Shown one piece after another: positions 9,304 to 18,099 of a stretch of 64,000 nucleotides of DNA. Position 1 is the first letter of the stretch; each line of letters begins with the position of its first letter. The notes under the pieces are model-generated. The model did no database searches. It was not told the DNA's origin and saw nothing but the letters and a program-made list of their open reading frames with translations. The DNA lies in assembly GCA_035299305.1 (NCBI GenBank), contig DATGWV010000237.1, positions 4,235-68,234 on the forward strand. Reading direction: 5' to 3'. Position numbers and translations under genes: made by a program. The DNA is from Phycisphaerales bacterium. Lineage in GTDB: Bacteria > Planctomycetota > Phycisphaerae > Phycisphaerales > UBA1924.

Positions 9304-9434
9304 GCAGAGTTTTCGCGTGTTCTGGTGCTCTTCGAGGCTACGGCGCGGCGGCAACGCGGCTAGGGTTTGGCCGCACTTTCGGGTTGCACGTGGGGCGAAT
9401 TTCGTGTTCAATATGCCGCGTGGTGGTTCACGCC

Positions 9435-12400
9435 ATGCTTGAGGAGTCGCTGATGTCTCGTTCCGCTCTTTGTCTGATTGCGCCGCTGGCCCTTCTTGCG
9501 TGTGCCGGGTCGGCGCTTGCGCAGCAAAAGGTGCACTACACGTATTTGTGGCACATGGAGCAGCCGATTTACTGGCCTGATCAGCAGGTGGGCGGGGCGG
9601 ATCGGTATGAACTGGTGTGGCAGAGCATTCAGCGCAAGGACGCGGGTGCGTTCAATCCGACCAACAACCTGCGGGAGATTTTCAGCCTGCCCGATCGCGT
9701 GGCGGGATATCAGTATCGCATGATCGACGCGGTCGATGACATCGACTGGACCAACGAGGGGGGCGCGCAAATCAGCTTCTCGGGTGGACTCATCGAGAAC
9801 CTCAACAGCCTCGGCGCGGCGAACCAGCTTGGGTACAACAGCACGTGGTGGCAGCGCATTCGTGATGGCCGCGCGTGGCGGACGAATCCGGCGGCGGGCA
9901 CGCAGGTGCCGCGGGTGGATGTGGTGCAGTTTGGCTTTCACCATCCGCTGATGCCGCTGGTGGATGCGACGACCTTGCGGAAGGAACTGCAGTTGTACAA
10001 GCGCATGTACAACGACGCGTGGGGTACGAATGCGCCGCAAAGCCGGGGGCTGTTTCCCAGCGAGATGGCGTTCAGCACGAAGATGATCGAAGTGCTCGAC
10101 GCGGAGGGCATCGACTGGGTCATCGTGAGCAGCGAGAAGATCAGCCGGGCGTGTGCGGATTTCCCGGTGATTTTCGGCAGTGGCGGCATCAACACCGATG
10201 CGCCCAACAAGGCCGATCAGGTGAATCCGGCGGCGGGCACGTACTTTCGCAAGAGCATTTCGCGCGGATGTTCGCCTGCGGAGGCGGTGCCGTTTGCGAC
10301 GACGCCTCGGCGGGCGCGATATGTGAATCCGAACACGGGGGCGATCAGCCAGGTGATCGTGGTGCCGGCGATGCAGGCGTTGAGTTGGGACGACGGATAT
10401 GCGCCGATCGGCCTGGGCGGATTCGACACGATTCAGAGCATGGCACCCAACGGTCTTGCGGCGAATCGGCCGCAACTGGTGATGCTGGCGCACGACGGCG
10501 ATAATGCGTGGGGCGGCGGATACTCGTACTACCGCGAAGCGACGCCCAACCTCGCGAGCAGCGCGAACGGCGCGCAGTATGTGCCCACGGTGGTGGAGAA
10601 GTATCTCGCGGATCATCCGGTGCCCGCGAATGACTTCGTGCATGTGGAGGATGGCGCGTGGGTGAACGCGGATGGCGATTTTGGTGCGCCGCAGTTCATC
10701 AACTGGAACTGGCCGCTGCTGAACGCGAGCGGCGCGATTGATGTGGAGAATGGCTGGCACGTGGATGCGCGCAACTGGGCAGTGATCACGGCGGCGAACA
10801 ATCGCGTGGCGACGGCGGAGCAGATCGTGACGCGCGCGGGCGGACCGCAAGCGGGTGGGCTGGACATAGGGCGCATTCTGTATCCGAGTGCAGCGACGAC
10901 AAGCGCGGAACGCGCGTGGCACTTTTTCCTGGGCAGTCTCAACAGCGGCTACATGTACTACGGCACGGCGGAGGACTTTGAGGTCAAGCCGACCATCGCG
11001 TGCAACGAAGCGGTGCAGCATGCGGATGCGGTCATCACTGGCAACGCGACGTTGGATACGACCGGGCCGACTGTGTGGTATCCGCAGCGGCATCCGTGGA
11101 ACCCGGGAAGTGTGAATTTCGGGCCGCAGTATGGGTATCAGCAGCGAGCGGCGAATCTCAACGGCGCCGGCGATTTCTATGTGTGGACGTTCGCGTACGA
11201 CGTTGCGGGCATCACGAGCACGACGCTGAAGTATCGCGTTGATGCCGATGGTCAGCGCAGTTTGAGCAACACCGAGAATGAGACGTACGCGGGCGGGCCT
11301 GGCGTGGGCGCGTGGCAGAGCGTCCCCATGACGCGGCGCGTTTTCCCGGCGACCAATGTGTACAACGACCCGAGCATCAACTTCTTTGAGATGCCTCAGT
11401 ACATCGCGGATCAGTACTGGGCGAAGATTGAAGGTCAGCGCAGCAAGCTGATTGATTACTACATCGAGTCGGTGGATGCACGCGGCAACGTGACCAAGTC
11501 GGCGATTCAGCACGTGTGGGTTGGCGATGGCGTCGGCAGCGGTGGGGGCGGCGGCAACACCGTGACGATTGCGCCGACGCAGCCGGTGGCGGGGCAGCAA
11601 GTGACTATTACGTACAACCCCAGCGGCAGGCCGCTCGCGGGCAGTGGCAGCGTGTGTCTGCACTGGGGCATCAACAACTGGACGAATGTTGTGAGTGGCG
11701 TGCCGCTCACGCAGAACGGCGCGAACTGGACGGTGACGATCACGGTGCCGCAGAGCGCGACGAGTCTGGAGTTCGCGTTCAACAACTGCGCGAACACATG
11801 GGACAGCAATGGCGGCGCGGATTGGCGCTACACGGTGACGGGCGGTCAGCCGGTGCAGCAGTGGACCATTGACGGCACGCGCGATGCGGCGAGCACGCTG
11901 GTGGCGAGCAATGGCGGAGTGAATCTGTGGGCCGGGCTGCGAGGCGACATGCTGTATGTTGCGACGAATCCAGCGGGCGGCGGGAATGATCGATTTGTGT
12001 ATGTGTCGCGCGATCCTGCTGGCGCACTGCGTGCGGCGAACTGGGCGAAGGCGGGACAGATCGCGAATTGGGACGCGTTCCTTGCGAACGAGAGCACCAA
12101 CAACTTCAACGGCTGGTTTGATCAAGGCGCGACGAGCCAGACGCAACAAGCGAGCGCGAGTGTTCTTGAGGGTGTCATCAATGTTCGCAACGAACTGGGG
12201 CTGGCGGCGGGCGAGCCGTTGCCCGAGTTTGTGCGCGTGGCCGTGGGCACATTTGCCACGGCGGATGGTGGCGCGCTGGTAACGACGCAGCAGGTGCCGG
12301 CTGCTGTCGTGAGCAACGGGAACATCGAAGCGAACGAGTACGTGCTGGTTCGGTTGTGCGCGATCGCGGTGCCCAACAACTGTCCGCTGCCGGGCTGCGA

Positions 12401-12587
12401 TGACATCGATTTCAACAACAACGATGTCTTCCCGGAGGATCAGGACATCGTCGATTTCTTCAACGTGCTCGCGGGCGCGAGCTGCGCGGCGTGCAACGAC
12501 ATCGATTTCAACAACAACGGCGTCTTCCCGGAAGATCAGGATGTGGTGGACTTCCTGAACGTGCTGGCTGGCGGGCAGTGTCCGTGA
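9435..12587 (+). CDS. Secreted GH57-like alpha-glucan-active enzyme with a starch-binding-like CBM and a C-terminal tandem dockerin-like module
   Basis: Start at ATG 9435 or 9453; signal-like SALCLIAPLALLACAGSALAQQ. GH57-like motifs seen by eye: YLWHMEQPIYWPDQ, FGFHHPLMPLV, GLFPSEMAFS and MLAHDGDNAWGG. A CBM25/53-like stretch is VTITYNP...LHWGINNW...WDSNGGADWRYTV. Confidence 0.7.
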   Translation: MLEESLMSRSALCLIAPLALLACAGSALAQQKVHYTYLWHMEQPIYWPDQQVGGADRYELVWQSIQRKDAGAFNPTNNLREIFSLPDRVAGYQYRMIDAVDDIDWTNEGGAQISFSGGLIENLNSLGAANQLGYNSTWWQRIRDGRAWRTNPAAGTQVPRVDVVQFGFHHPLMPLVDATTLRKELQLYKRMYNDAWGTNAPQSRGLFPSEMAFSTKMIEVLDAEGIDWVIVSSEKISRACADFPVIFGSGGINTDAPNKADQVNPAAGTYFRKSISRGCSPAEAVPFATTPRRARYVNPNTGAISQVIVVPAMQALSWDDGYAPIGLGGFDTIQSMAPNGLAANRPQLVMLAHDGDNAWGGGYSYYREATPNLASSANGAQYVPTVVEKYLADHPVPANDFVHVEDGAWVNADGDFGAPQFINWNWPLLNASGAIDVENGWHVDARNWAVITAANNRVATAEQIVTRAGGPQAGGLDIGRILYPSAATTSAERAWHFFLGSLNSGYMYYGTAEDFEVKPTIACNEAVQHADAVITGNATLDTTGPTVWYPQRHPWNPGSVNFGPQYGYQQRAANLNGAGDFYVWTFAYDVAGITSTTLKYRVDADGQRSLSNTENETYAGGPGVGAWQSVPMTRRVFPATNVYNDPSINFFEMPQYIADQYWAKIEGQRSKLIDYYIESVDARGNVTKSAIQHVWVGDGVGSGGGGGNTVTIAPTQPVAGQQVTITYNPSGRPLAGSGSVCLHWGINNWTNVVSGVPLTQNGANWTVTITVPQSATSLEFAFNNCANTWDSNGGADWRYTVTGGQPVQQWTIDGTRDAASTLVASNGGVNLWAGLRGDMLYVATNPAGGGNDRFVYVSRDPAGALRAANWAKAGQIANWDAFLANESTNNFNGWFDQGATSQTQQASASVLEGVINVRNELGLAAGEPLPEFVRVAVGTFATADGGALVTTQQVPAAVVSNGNIEANEYVLVRLCAIAVPNNCPLPGCDDIDFNNNDVFPEDQDIVDFFNVLAGASCAACNDIDFNNNGVFPEDQDVVDFLNVLAGGQCP
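12396..12584 (+). other. Tandem dockerin-like C-terminal module, copy 3 of 3
   Basis: CDDIDFNNNDVFPEDQDIVDFFNVLAGASCAAC + NDIDFNNNGVFPEDQDVVDFLNVLAGGQCP, then the stop codon. Confidence 0.75.
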
Positions 12588-12681
12588 TAGAGGGCCCAAT
12601 CCGAGGCACTTGCGGCACCTTGTACAATGGCGCAGCGGCCGCACAGGGGGCGGAGGTGGTCTCGTGATTGTGAGGGTTCCC

Positions 12682-13857
12682 ATGCGTGGAGTGCTGCAGT
12701 TCGTTCTTTTTGTCGCGTTGACTGTTCTGCCCGGCGCTGCGTTCGCGCAGGCCACGACGTTCACGTATCAAGGCCAGCTCAAACTCGACGGCCAACTGGT
12801 GAACGGCGAAGTTGATCTGCGATTTCGGATGTATGACCTCGCGCTCGAAGGTGTGCAGCTGGGATCGCAAATGTGCTTCAACGACATCACGGTGAGTGAC
12901 GGGCGCTTCACCGTTGCACTTGACTTTGGCGACAACTTCAACGGCGCGACACGCTATCTCGAGATCGATACGCGCGACGCGGCGGTGGGGAATTGCACGA
13001 CATCCGCCGGGTTCACGACGTTGGGGCCGCGGCAGGCGATCACGGCTGCGCCATTTGCGAGCTACGCGGCGAAGGCCGGGGATGCGCAGTTGTTCGGCGG
13101 ATTTGATCCGCTGTCGTATCGCAACGCGAGCAATCTGGTGACGGGCATTCTGCCGGCGTCTCTGCTTCCCAGCGTCGCGGCGCGAACCAACGCGAGCAAC
13201 ACGTTTACGCAGCCCAACACGTTCACGGGCGGCGTCACGATCAACAGTTTTGTCGGCATCAATCGCTCGTCGCCGGTCAGCGGCGCGGATGTGCTTCATC
13301 TGGGCAACGCGGCGGGCCAGACGGGGTATGTGGGCATGTATATCTCGACGGATGCGCCGGGTGGCATTCCGTTTTATGGGTATGCATTCAGCGGAGCGGC
13401 CGCGTGGACGGAGTATGACTCGTCGCTGACATGGGGCGTCAACAACTTCGGTCGGCGCCTCAGCGTGCTGAGCAATGGACGCGTCGGTATCGGGACACCA
13501 TCGCCCAGCACGCTGCTGGATGTGCGAGGCGACATCGCGATGGGCACGAACGGCTCGCTGTTCGCGCTCGCGGGAACGGAGAAGACGCTGTCGCTGCGCG
13601 GGCGCATCCTGCAGAATGGCGGCGTGTTCTTTGGCAGCGGTTTCACATGCGCGCGTATCGGCACGGGCTTCTATCGCATCACATTCAACACAGCGTTCGC
13701 GAGCGCGCCCACGGTGACGGCGAACGCGGTCGGCGTGTCGGCGCGCATAGTGTCGATCGGCGGCACGAGCACGACCACGGCGGATATTTACGTGTTCAAC
13801 GCGAGCGGTGCGGCGACTGACGCGGATGTGATGGTGCACATCTCCGGGCCGCGATGA
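12682..13857 (+). CDS. Secreted protein with tail-fibre-like motifs
   Basis: ATG at 12682 gives MRGVLQFVLFVALTVLPGAAFAQ. The N-terminal TFTYQGQLKLDGQLVNG...DLRFRMY and the later NGRVGIGTPSPSTLLDVRGDI recall motifs seen in tail-fibre-domain proteins. Confidence 0.65.
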   Translation: MRGVLQFVLFVALTVLPGAAFAQATTFTYQGQLKLDGQLVNGEVDLRFRMYDLALEGVQLGSQMCFNDITVSDGRFTVALDFGDNFNGATRYLEIDTRDAAVGNCTTSAGFTTLGPRQAITAAPFASYAAKAGDAQLFGGFDPLSYRNASNLVTGILPASLLPSVAARTNASNTFTQPNTFTGGVTINSFVGINRSSPVSGADVLHLGNAAGQTGYVGMYISTDAPGGIPFYGYAFSGAAAWTEYDSSLTWGVNNFGRRLSVLSNGRVGIGTPSPSTLLDVRGDIAMGTNGSLFALAGTEKTLSLRGRILQNGGVFFGSGFTCARIGTGFYRITFNTAFASAPTVTANAVGVSARIVSIGGTSTTTADIYVFNASGAATDADVMVHISGPR

Positions 13858-13866
13858 TGCGTCGCG

Positions 13867-14463
13867 TCATGCGTTGGCTTTGCGAGCCGCGCCGGTTGCG
13901 TCCATGGTGGTGACAGGCGCTTTGTAGATGCCCAGGTATTCGCGCCATGGGCCCACTACGGGTTGATATCGCGCGGCGAGGCCTCGGCAGATTTGCGCGG
14001 TGTGGTTGATGTCGTGAACGACCCATGTAGCGAGTAGGTTCTGGAGTGTGACGCGGCCCAGCGCGGGGTGTGTGCCGGTGCGCGTGAGGTCGGCATCGGT
14101 GAGGTGCATGGCGCGCACAGCGGTTACGTTGGTGCTTCGCAACTGCGCGAAGGTGGCGAGCAGGTCGTGCATGGTCTGGCCTGCGCTGGCTTCAAACTGT
14201 GCGTAACGGTCGTAGGGGGCGAAGGGCGTGGACTCGCCGAGTTGCATGATGATGCGCACGCGCGGCAGCCAGTCGGTGCGTTCGCCGGTGATCAGGTGGC
14301 CCACGACATCGAAGGGCGAGAAGGTGTCAGGGGCGTAGTTGGTGTGGTGCCACGCGGGGGGCAGGTGGTCGAGCAGGGCCGAGAGCACGGCCGGCGTGCG
14401 TTCGAGCATGGCGAGGGCTTCGGCGAGTGAAAACACGGGCGAATCGGCCTGCGGCGAGTGCAT
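13867..14463 (-). CDS. DinB family protein
   Basis: 198-aa ORF starting at an ATG. The segments LERTPAVLSALLDHLP...FDVVGHLITGERTDWLPR...WVVHDINHTAQI show the DinB_2-like histidine triad pattern. Confidence 0.75.
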   Translation of the reverse strand: MHSPQADSPVFSLAEALAMLERTPAVLSALLDHLPPAWHHTNYAPDTFSPFDVVGHLITGERTDWLPRVRIIMQLGESTPFAPYDRYAQFEASAGQTMHDLLATFAQLRSTNVTAVRAMHLTDADLTRTGTHPALGRVTLQNLLATWVVHDINHTAQICRGLAARYQPVVGPWREYLGIYKAPVTTMDATGAARKANA

Positions 14464-14693
14464 GGAGGAGTGTACTGGGAGTGGGGGAAGCGGCGGTGTC
14501 CATTGCGTCGCGAAACGCCTATGCTCCCCTCCCCGTCGCAGAGGTTGACGGCCGGGCCCGGTGCACGGGCTGTGCCATGAACCTGGTCAGGGCTTGACCG
14601 CAGCAGCCATAAGTGGTCGCGGTCCGGTGCCGTCGGTGTCCTGGCCGTCAACCACTGCGACGGGCTTTTCATTTTTGCGAAGTGCGATGCGGG

Positions 14694-15701
14694 TCACTCG
14701 ATGCGCGGATCGACCCAGCGATAGAGCACGTCGACGATGAGGTTGAAGATGACCAGCATCGTGCTGAAGACGAGCACCACGCCCAGGATGAGAAACAGGT
14801 CTTTGTTCTGTACGGCGTTCACGAAGTGCTGGCCCATGCCGGGCACGCTGAAGACGACTTCGACCACGAAGCTGCCGGTCATGGCGAGGGCCGTGGCGGG
14901 CCCCAAGTAACTGAGCACAGGCAGGAACGCGTTTTTCAGCGCGTGCTTGAGATAGATGCCGGCGGGGCCCACGCCTTTAGCGCGGGCGGTGCGGATGAAG
15001 TCGCTGGAGAGATGTTCGAGCATGCCCATGCGCGTGAGGCGCGCGATGTACGCGGCGAAGGGCAGGCTGAGCGTGATGGCGGGGAGGACGAGACTGCCCG
15101 GCGGGTTCCAGTTGCCCACGCTGAACCACTTGAGCCAGAGCGAGAAGACCGTGAGGAGAATCGTGCCGACGACGAAGCTGGGCAGGCTGATGCCCACCAG
15201 CGCGACGGCGAGTGTGGCGAAGTCGGCGATGCTATTGGGCTTCGCGGCACCGATGATGCCAGCGGCGAGGCCTATGACCAGCGCGATGATGATCGCCGCA
15301 CCGCCCAGGACCATGGAGACGGGCAGGCTGCTGGTGATGATGTCGTTGACGCGCTGATCGCGATATTGCAGGCTGGGGCCGAAGTCGAAGACGCGGCGAA
15401 TGGGCGGGGCCTGACCTGCCGCTTCGGCGGCGGCGCGTTCGCGGGCGAGGTCGCCTCGTATGGCGTCGCGGGCGTATTGCACGCCCGTCACGCTGGCGAG
15501 ATAGCTGGTGTAGAACGCGGGAAAGCTATCGAGGTTGTACTGCGACTTCATCGCCGCTTCAACCTCAGGCGGCGGCCTGCGGCCTTCGGGGTTCTCCAGC
15601 GGATTGCCAGGAATGGCCCACGCGAGCGTGAGCGCGATGCTGTAAATGCACAGCAAGATGATGGGCAGTTGCAGCAGTCGTCGCGCGACGAGCGTGAGCA
15701 T
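14694..15701 (-). CDS. ABC transporter permease, peptide/nickel (OppB/DppB-like) family
   Basis: MLTLVARRLLQLPIILLCIYSIALTLAWAIPGNPLE is a typical OppB N terminus. The EAA-like loop is FIRTARAKGVGPAGIYLKHALKNA. No partner ATPase, second permease or binding protein lies adjacent. Confidence 0.85.
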   Translation of the reverse strand: MLTLVARRLLQLPIILLCIYSIALTLAWAIPGNPLENPEGRRPPPEVEAAMKSQYNLDSFPAFYTSYLASVTGVQYARDAIRGDLARERAAAEAAGQAPPIRRVFDFGPSLQYRDQRVNDIITSSLPVSMVLGGAAIIIALVIGLAAGIIGAAKPNSIADFATLAVALVGISLPSFVVGTILLTVFSLWLKWFSVGNWNPPGSLVLPAITLSLPFAAYIARLTRMGMLEHLSSDFIRTARAKGVGPAGIYLKHALKNAFLPVLSYLGPATALAMTGSFVVEVVFSVPGMGQHFVNAVQNKDLFLILGVVLVFSTMLVIFNLIVDVLYRWVDPRIE

Positions 15702-15750
15702 GGGAGATGGTACACCGTGCGCGAGTGAAACCCGTCAGCATCGCAAGTGG

Positions 15751-16293
15751 TTAGTACTCGGTGCCTTCCACGGTCATTCCTGTCAGCGTCGCTTCGAAGG
15801 CGCGTTTGCCGGTGGGGCCGCCAATGAGGCCCAAGACGTCGGTGACGAAGCGTTTGCGTTGGCGCTTCACGCCGTTGTTGATGATGAAGAGGTCGGTGCC
15901 GGGCATCACGGCGTTGCGGAAGGTGCAGTTTTCGATCCGCAGGAAGAGGCAGATGCGAGAGTCGCCCGTGTTGGCGAGGAAGGCGTAGGCGGCGAGCTGC
16001 GCGGCGGTCTCGACCATCAGGACGCCGGGGAATGTGGGCTTGCCGGGGAAGTGGCCGGCGCACCAGAATTCATCGTCGCGGACGCGCTTGAGGCCCACGC
16101 ACTGCATCCAGTCAGTGCTGTGCCAGACGATGCCGTCGAGGAGGCTCATGAGGCCGCGGTGGGGGATGAGCTTCTCGATGTCGCTCTTGGAGATGGCGAT
16201 GCGCGAGAAATCGATGGGGGCGAGGTCGAACGGAAGGACGCCGGATTGACCGGTGCCTGCGTCGCCAGCCGAGGGTGATGTGATCTGTTCCAT
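15751..16293 (-). CDS. FabZ/FabA-like beta-hydroxyacyl-ACP dehydratase family protein
   Basis: Track ORF 15751..16386; I use the ATG at 16293 (MEQITSPS). The hot-dog motif is IPHRGLMSLLDGI...HFPGKPTFPGVLMVETAAQLAAY. Confidence 0.75.
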   Translation of the reverse strand: MEQITSPSAGDAGTGQSGVLPFDLAPIDFSRIAISKSDIEKLIPHRGLMSLLDGIVWHSTDWMQCVGLKRVRDDEFWCAGHFPGKPTFPGVLMVETAAQLAAYAFLANTGDSRICLFLRIENCTFRNAVMPGTDLFIINNGVKRQRKRFVTDVLGLIGGPTGKRAFEATLTGMTVEGTEY

Positions 16294-16473
16294 GACACTG
16301 CCCACAGAAAGTGTTAACCGCGTGCGCCACGCCAGCAAGCCCCTTCGCCTGGCGGCGACACATCCAACGAACAAGAGCCTAGCCACGTCAATTGATGCCG
16401 GCTGGAGGCTCGTGTGCAGGCAGTTTACCAGAAAAAGCGGGCGCAGCGGTCAGGCTGCACCTGCCGGGAAACG

Positions 16474-16653
16474 TCATTCGGCCTTTTCTTCGCGGGCTTC
16501 GAGCACCTTCTCGCGGATGGCCTGGGCCTGCGCCTTGATGTCCTGCATGGACTTGCGGACGCGGGTGCCGGCGGTTTTGTTGCCGCCCTTCCATTTCAGC
16601 CAGTCGTCTTTGGACTGAGCCACGAGTTGTTCCAATTGTGTGAATTCATCCAT
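16474..16653 (-). CDS. Histone H1-like (Hc1 family) small DNA-binding protein
   Basis: The ATG at 16653 gives MDEFTQLEQLVAQSKDDWLKWKGGNKTAGTRVRKSMQDIKAQAQAIREKVLEAREEKAE. The GNK.AGTR.RK....IK..AQ.IR core is characteristic of Hc1-type proteins. Confidence 0.65.
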   Translation of the reverse strand: MDEFTQLEQLVAQSKDDWLKWKGGNKTAGTRVRKSMQDIKAQAQAIREKVLEAREEKAE

Positions 16654-16902
16654 GTCGCAAGCCTCCCTTGAGCACGCGGCCCTGGCACTCCGCCGGGAAC
16701 CGCGCATCGCGATGATACCCCAACATACGCCCGTGGTCCCCCGTCTGGACCTGTTGGGAGCGTGTGTGTGAGGTTATTAGAGGGTGATTCCCGGCGAAAG
16801 GGGTCGAATCAACCAGTTTAGGGGGATTGGGTTGGAACAGTTACAGGTACTTGCCGCGTGTTGACGGGCCCGTTCGCGTCGACATCGCGTTGGCAGCCGG
16901 GA

Positions 16903-17955
16903 TCAGTGCACAACCATCGGCAGCAGCTTCTCGACGTGCAGCAGCGCCGAGTGCAGGTACTTTTGGTTGCCGCCTTCGCTGCCGATGAGGGCGGGGGCGC
17001 AGGCGGCCATGAGGATGCGGCGGAGGTTGGCGAGTTCGTTGTAGTCGCCTGCGGTCGCGAGGCCGGCTTCGCGGCGGAGGCGGGCGAAGATGCTCACGGG
17101 TTTGGCGTGCTGGATCCAGTCTTCGTGGCCCCAGTACTGCCGCTCGAGGTAGAGGGCGTCTTCGATCCAGTGGCCCGGATGCACGAGGGCGAGATCGATG
17201 AGAACGCAGGGTCCGTCGCCCGGCTCGGCGAGTGTGCAGCCCGGAGCGATGCGGCGAAGGGCGTTGGCGATGTGAAGATCGCCATGACACCATGTGTCGT
17301 ATGTACGGGCTTCCCAACGAGCTTTGAGGCTGGGCAAGTGCTTGATGACGTGGCGGATGGCCTCGTTCCACTTTTGGAACTCAGGAATGGCGTGCTCGTG
17401 GCTGAGGCGGCGTGCGCGATCGAGCAGCATGAGCCAGTCGGGACTTTTGTGCGTGCCGGTGACGGGCGAGCAGCGCGCGGCGTGCATGTGGAAGTGCAGC
17501 AGCCGGCGCATGAGTTCGGTCACGAGTTGTTCGCTCATGTGGCGCGGCAGATGATCGCCCGCGAGGCGCTCGGTGACGATCCACGCGAAGTCGTAGCCGC
17601 CAAGTTGTGTGCCGTGCGCGAGGACGCGAGGTGTGCAGCGATCATGCGCGGCGTCATAGGCGTCGCGATCATCGCACATGGTGCATGGCGTGACGCAACC
17701 CAGTCGCGTGGTCCAGTCGTACTCGACGGGGCCGATGGGGAACTTGACGAGGACGGGGACGTTGGTGTTGCCAACGCGAAACGTGGAGAAGCCGGTGCTT
17801 GCGCCGCCACGCTGCCAGGCGGCGTGAAACCACTCGACGGGACCCAGGCGACCTTCGCAGACTTCGTGCAACACGGGTTCGAGCGCGCCGGCAAGGCCGG
17901 AAAACGAAGCGCCATCGTGTGCGGCATCCGCGTGGGGCATTGCAAAAGCGTACAC
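16903..17955 (-). CDS. Aminoglycoside-phosphotransferase-like (APH/kinase-fold) protein
   Basis: WCHGDLHIANAL is the HGDLHxxN catalytic loop and VLIDLALVHPGHWIEDALYLE is the metal-binding Asp region. The start may be GTG 17955 or ATG 17940. Confidence 0.7.
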   Translation of the reverse strand: MYAFAMPHADAAHDGASFSGLAGALEPVLHEVCEGRLGPVEWFHAAWQRGGASTGFSTFRVGNTNVPVLVKFPIGPVEYDWTTRLGCVTPCTMCDDRDAYDAAHDRCTPRVLAHGTQLGGYDFAWIVTERLAGDHLPRHMSEQLVTELMRRLLHFHMHAARCSPVTGTHKSPDWLMLLDRARRLSHEHAIPEFQKWNEAIRHVIKHLPSLKARWEARTYDTWCHGDLHIANALRRIAPGCTLAEPGDGPCVLIDLALVHPGHWIEDALYLERQYWGHEDWIQHAKPVSIFARLRREAGLATAGDYNELANLRRILMAACAPALIGSEGGNQKYLHSALLHVEKLLPMVVH

Positions 17956-18099
17956 CGGATTTGTGAAGCCGGGCGGGTGAGCGGGCTGCGTGAAATCTGA
18001 TTCACCACGGAGGCGCAGAGGAGAGACGAGCGGACGCGGTGTGATGAAACGAGGGCCTTGCCGCGCGTTACTTCGTGCCTTCGTGCCTTCTTGCCTCTC

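Noticed and set aside
9408-12764. Very long antisense or alternative-frame ORFs in the track: 9408..12764 (-) at 1118 aa, 6724..8334 (-), 2441..3937 (+), 12508..13839 (-), 28446..30209 (-), 19621..20949 (+), 21536..23038 (+).
   Set aside because: Their translations are Arg/Ala/Gly/His-rich low-complexity strings with no motifs. They lie opposite or out of frame to ORFs with clear family signatures. This is the usual shadow-ORF artefact of high-G+C DNA.
14694-15701. An OppB/DppB-like permease with no adjacent OppC, OppD/F or binding-protein genes, which could be a pseudogenised operon remnant.
   Set aside because: The ORF is full-length with intact conserved loops. Scattered transporter components are common in genomes with poorly conserved operons, so I see nothing in the sequence indicating decay.
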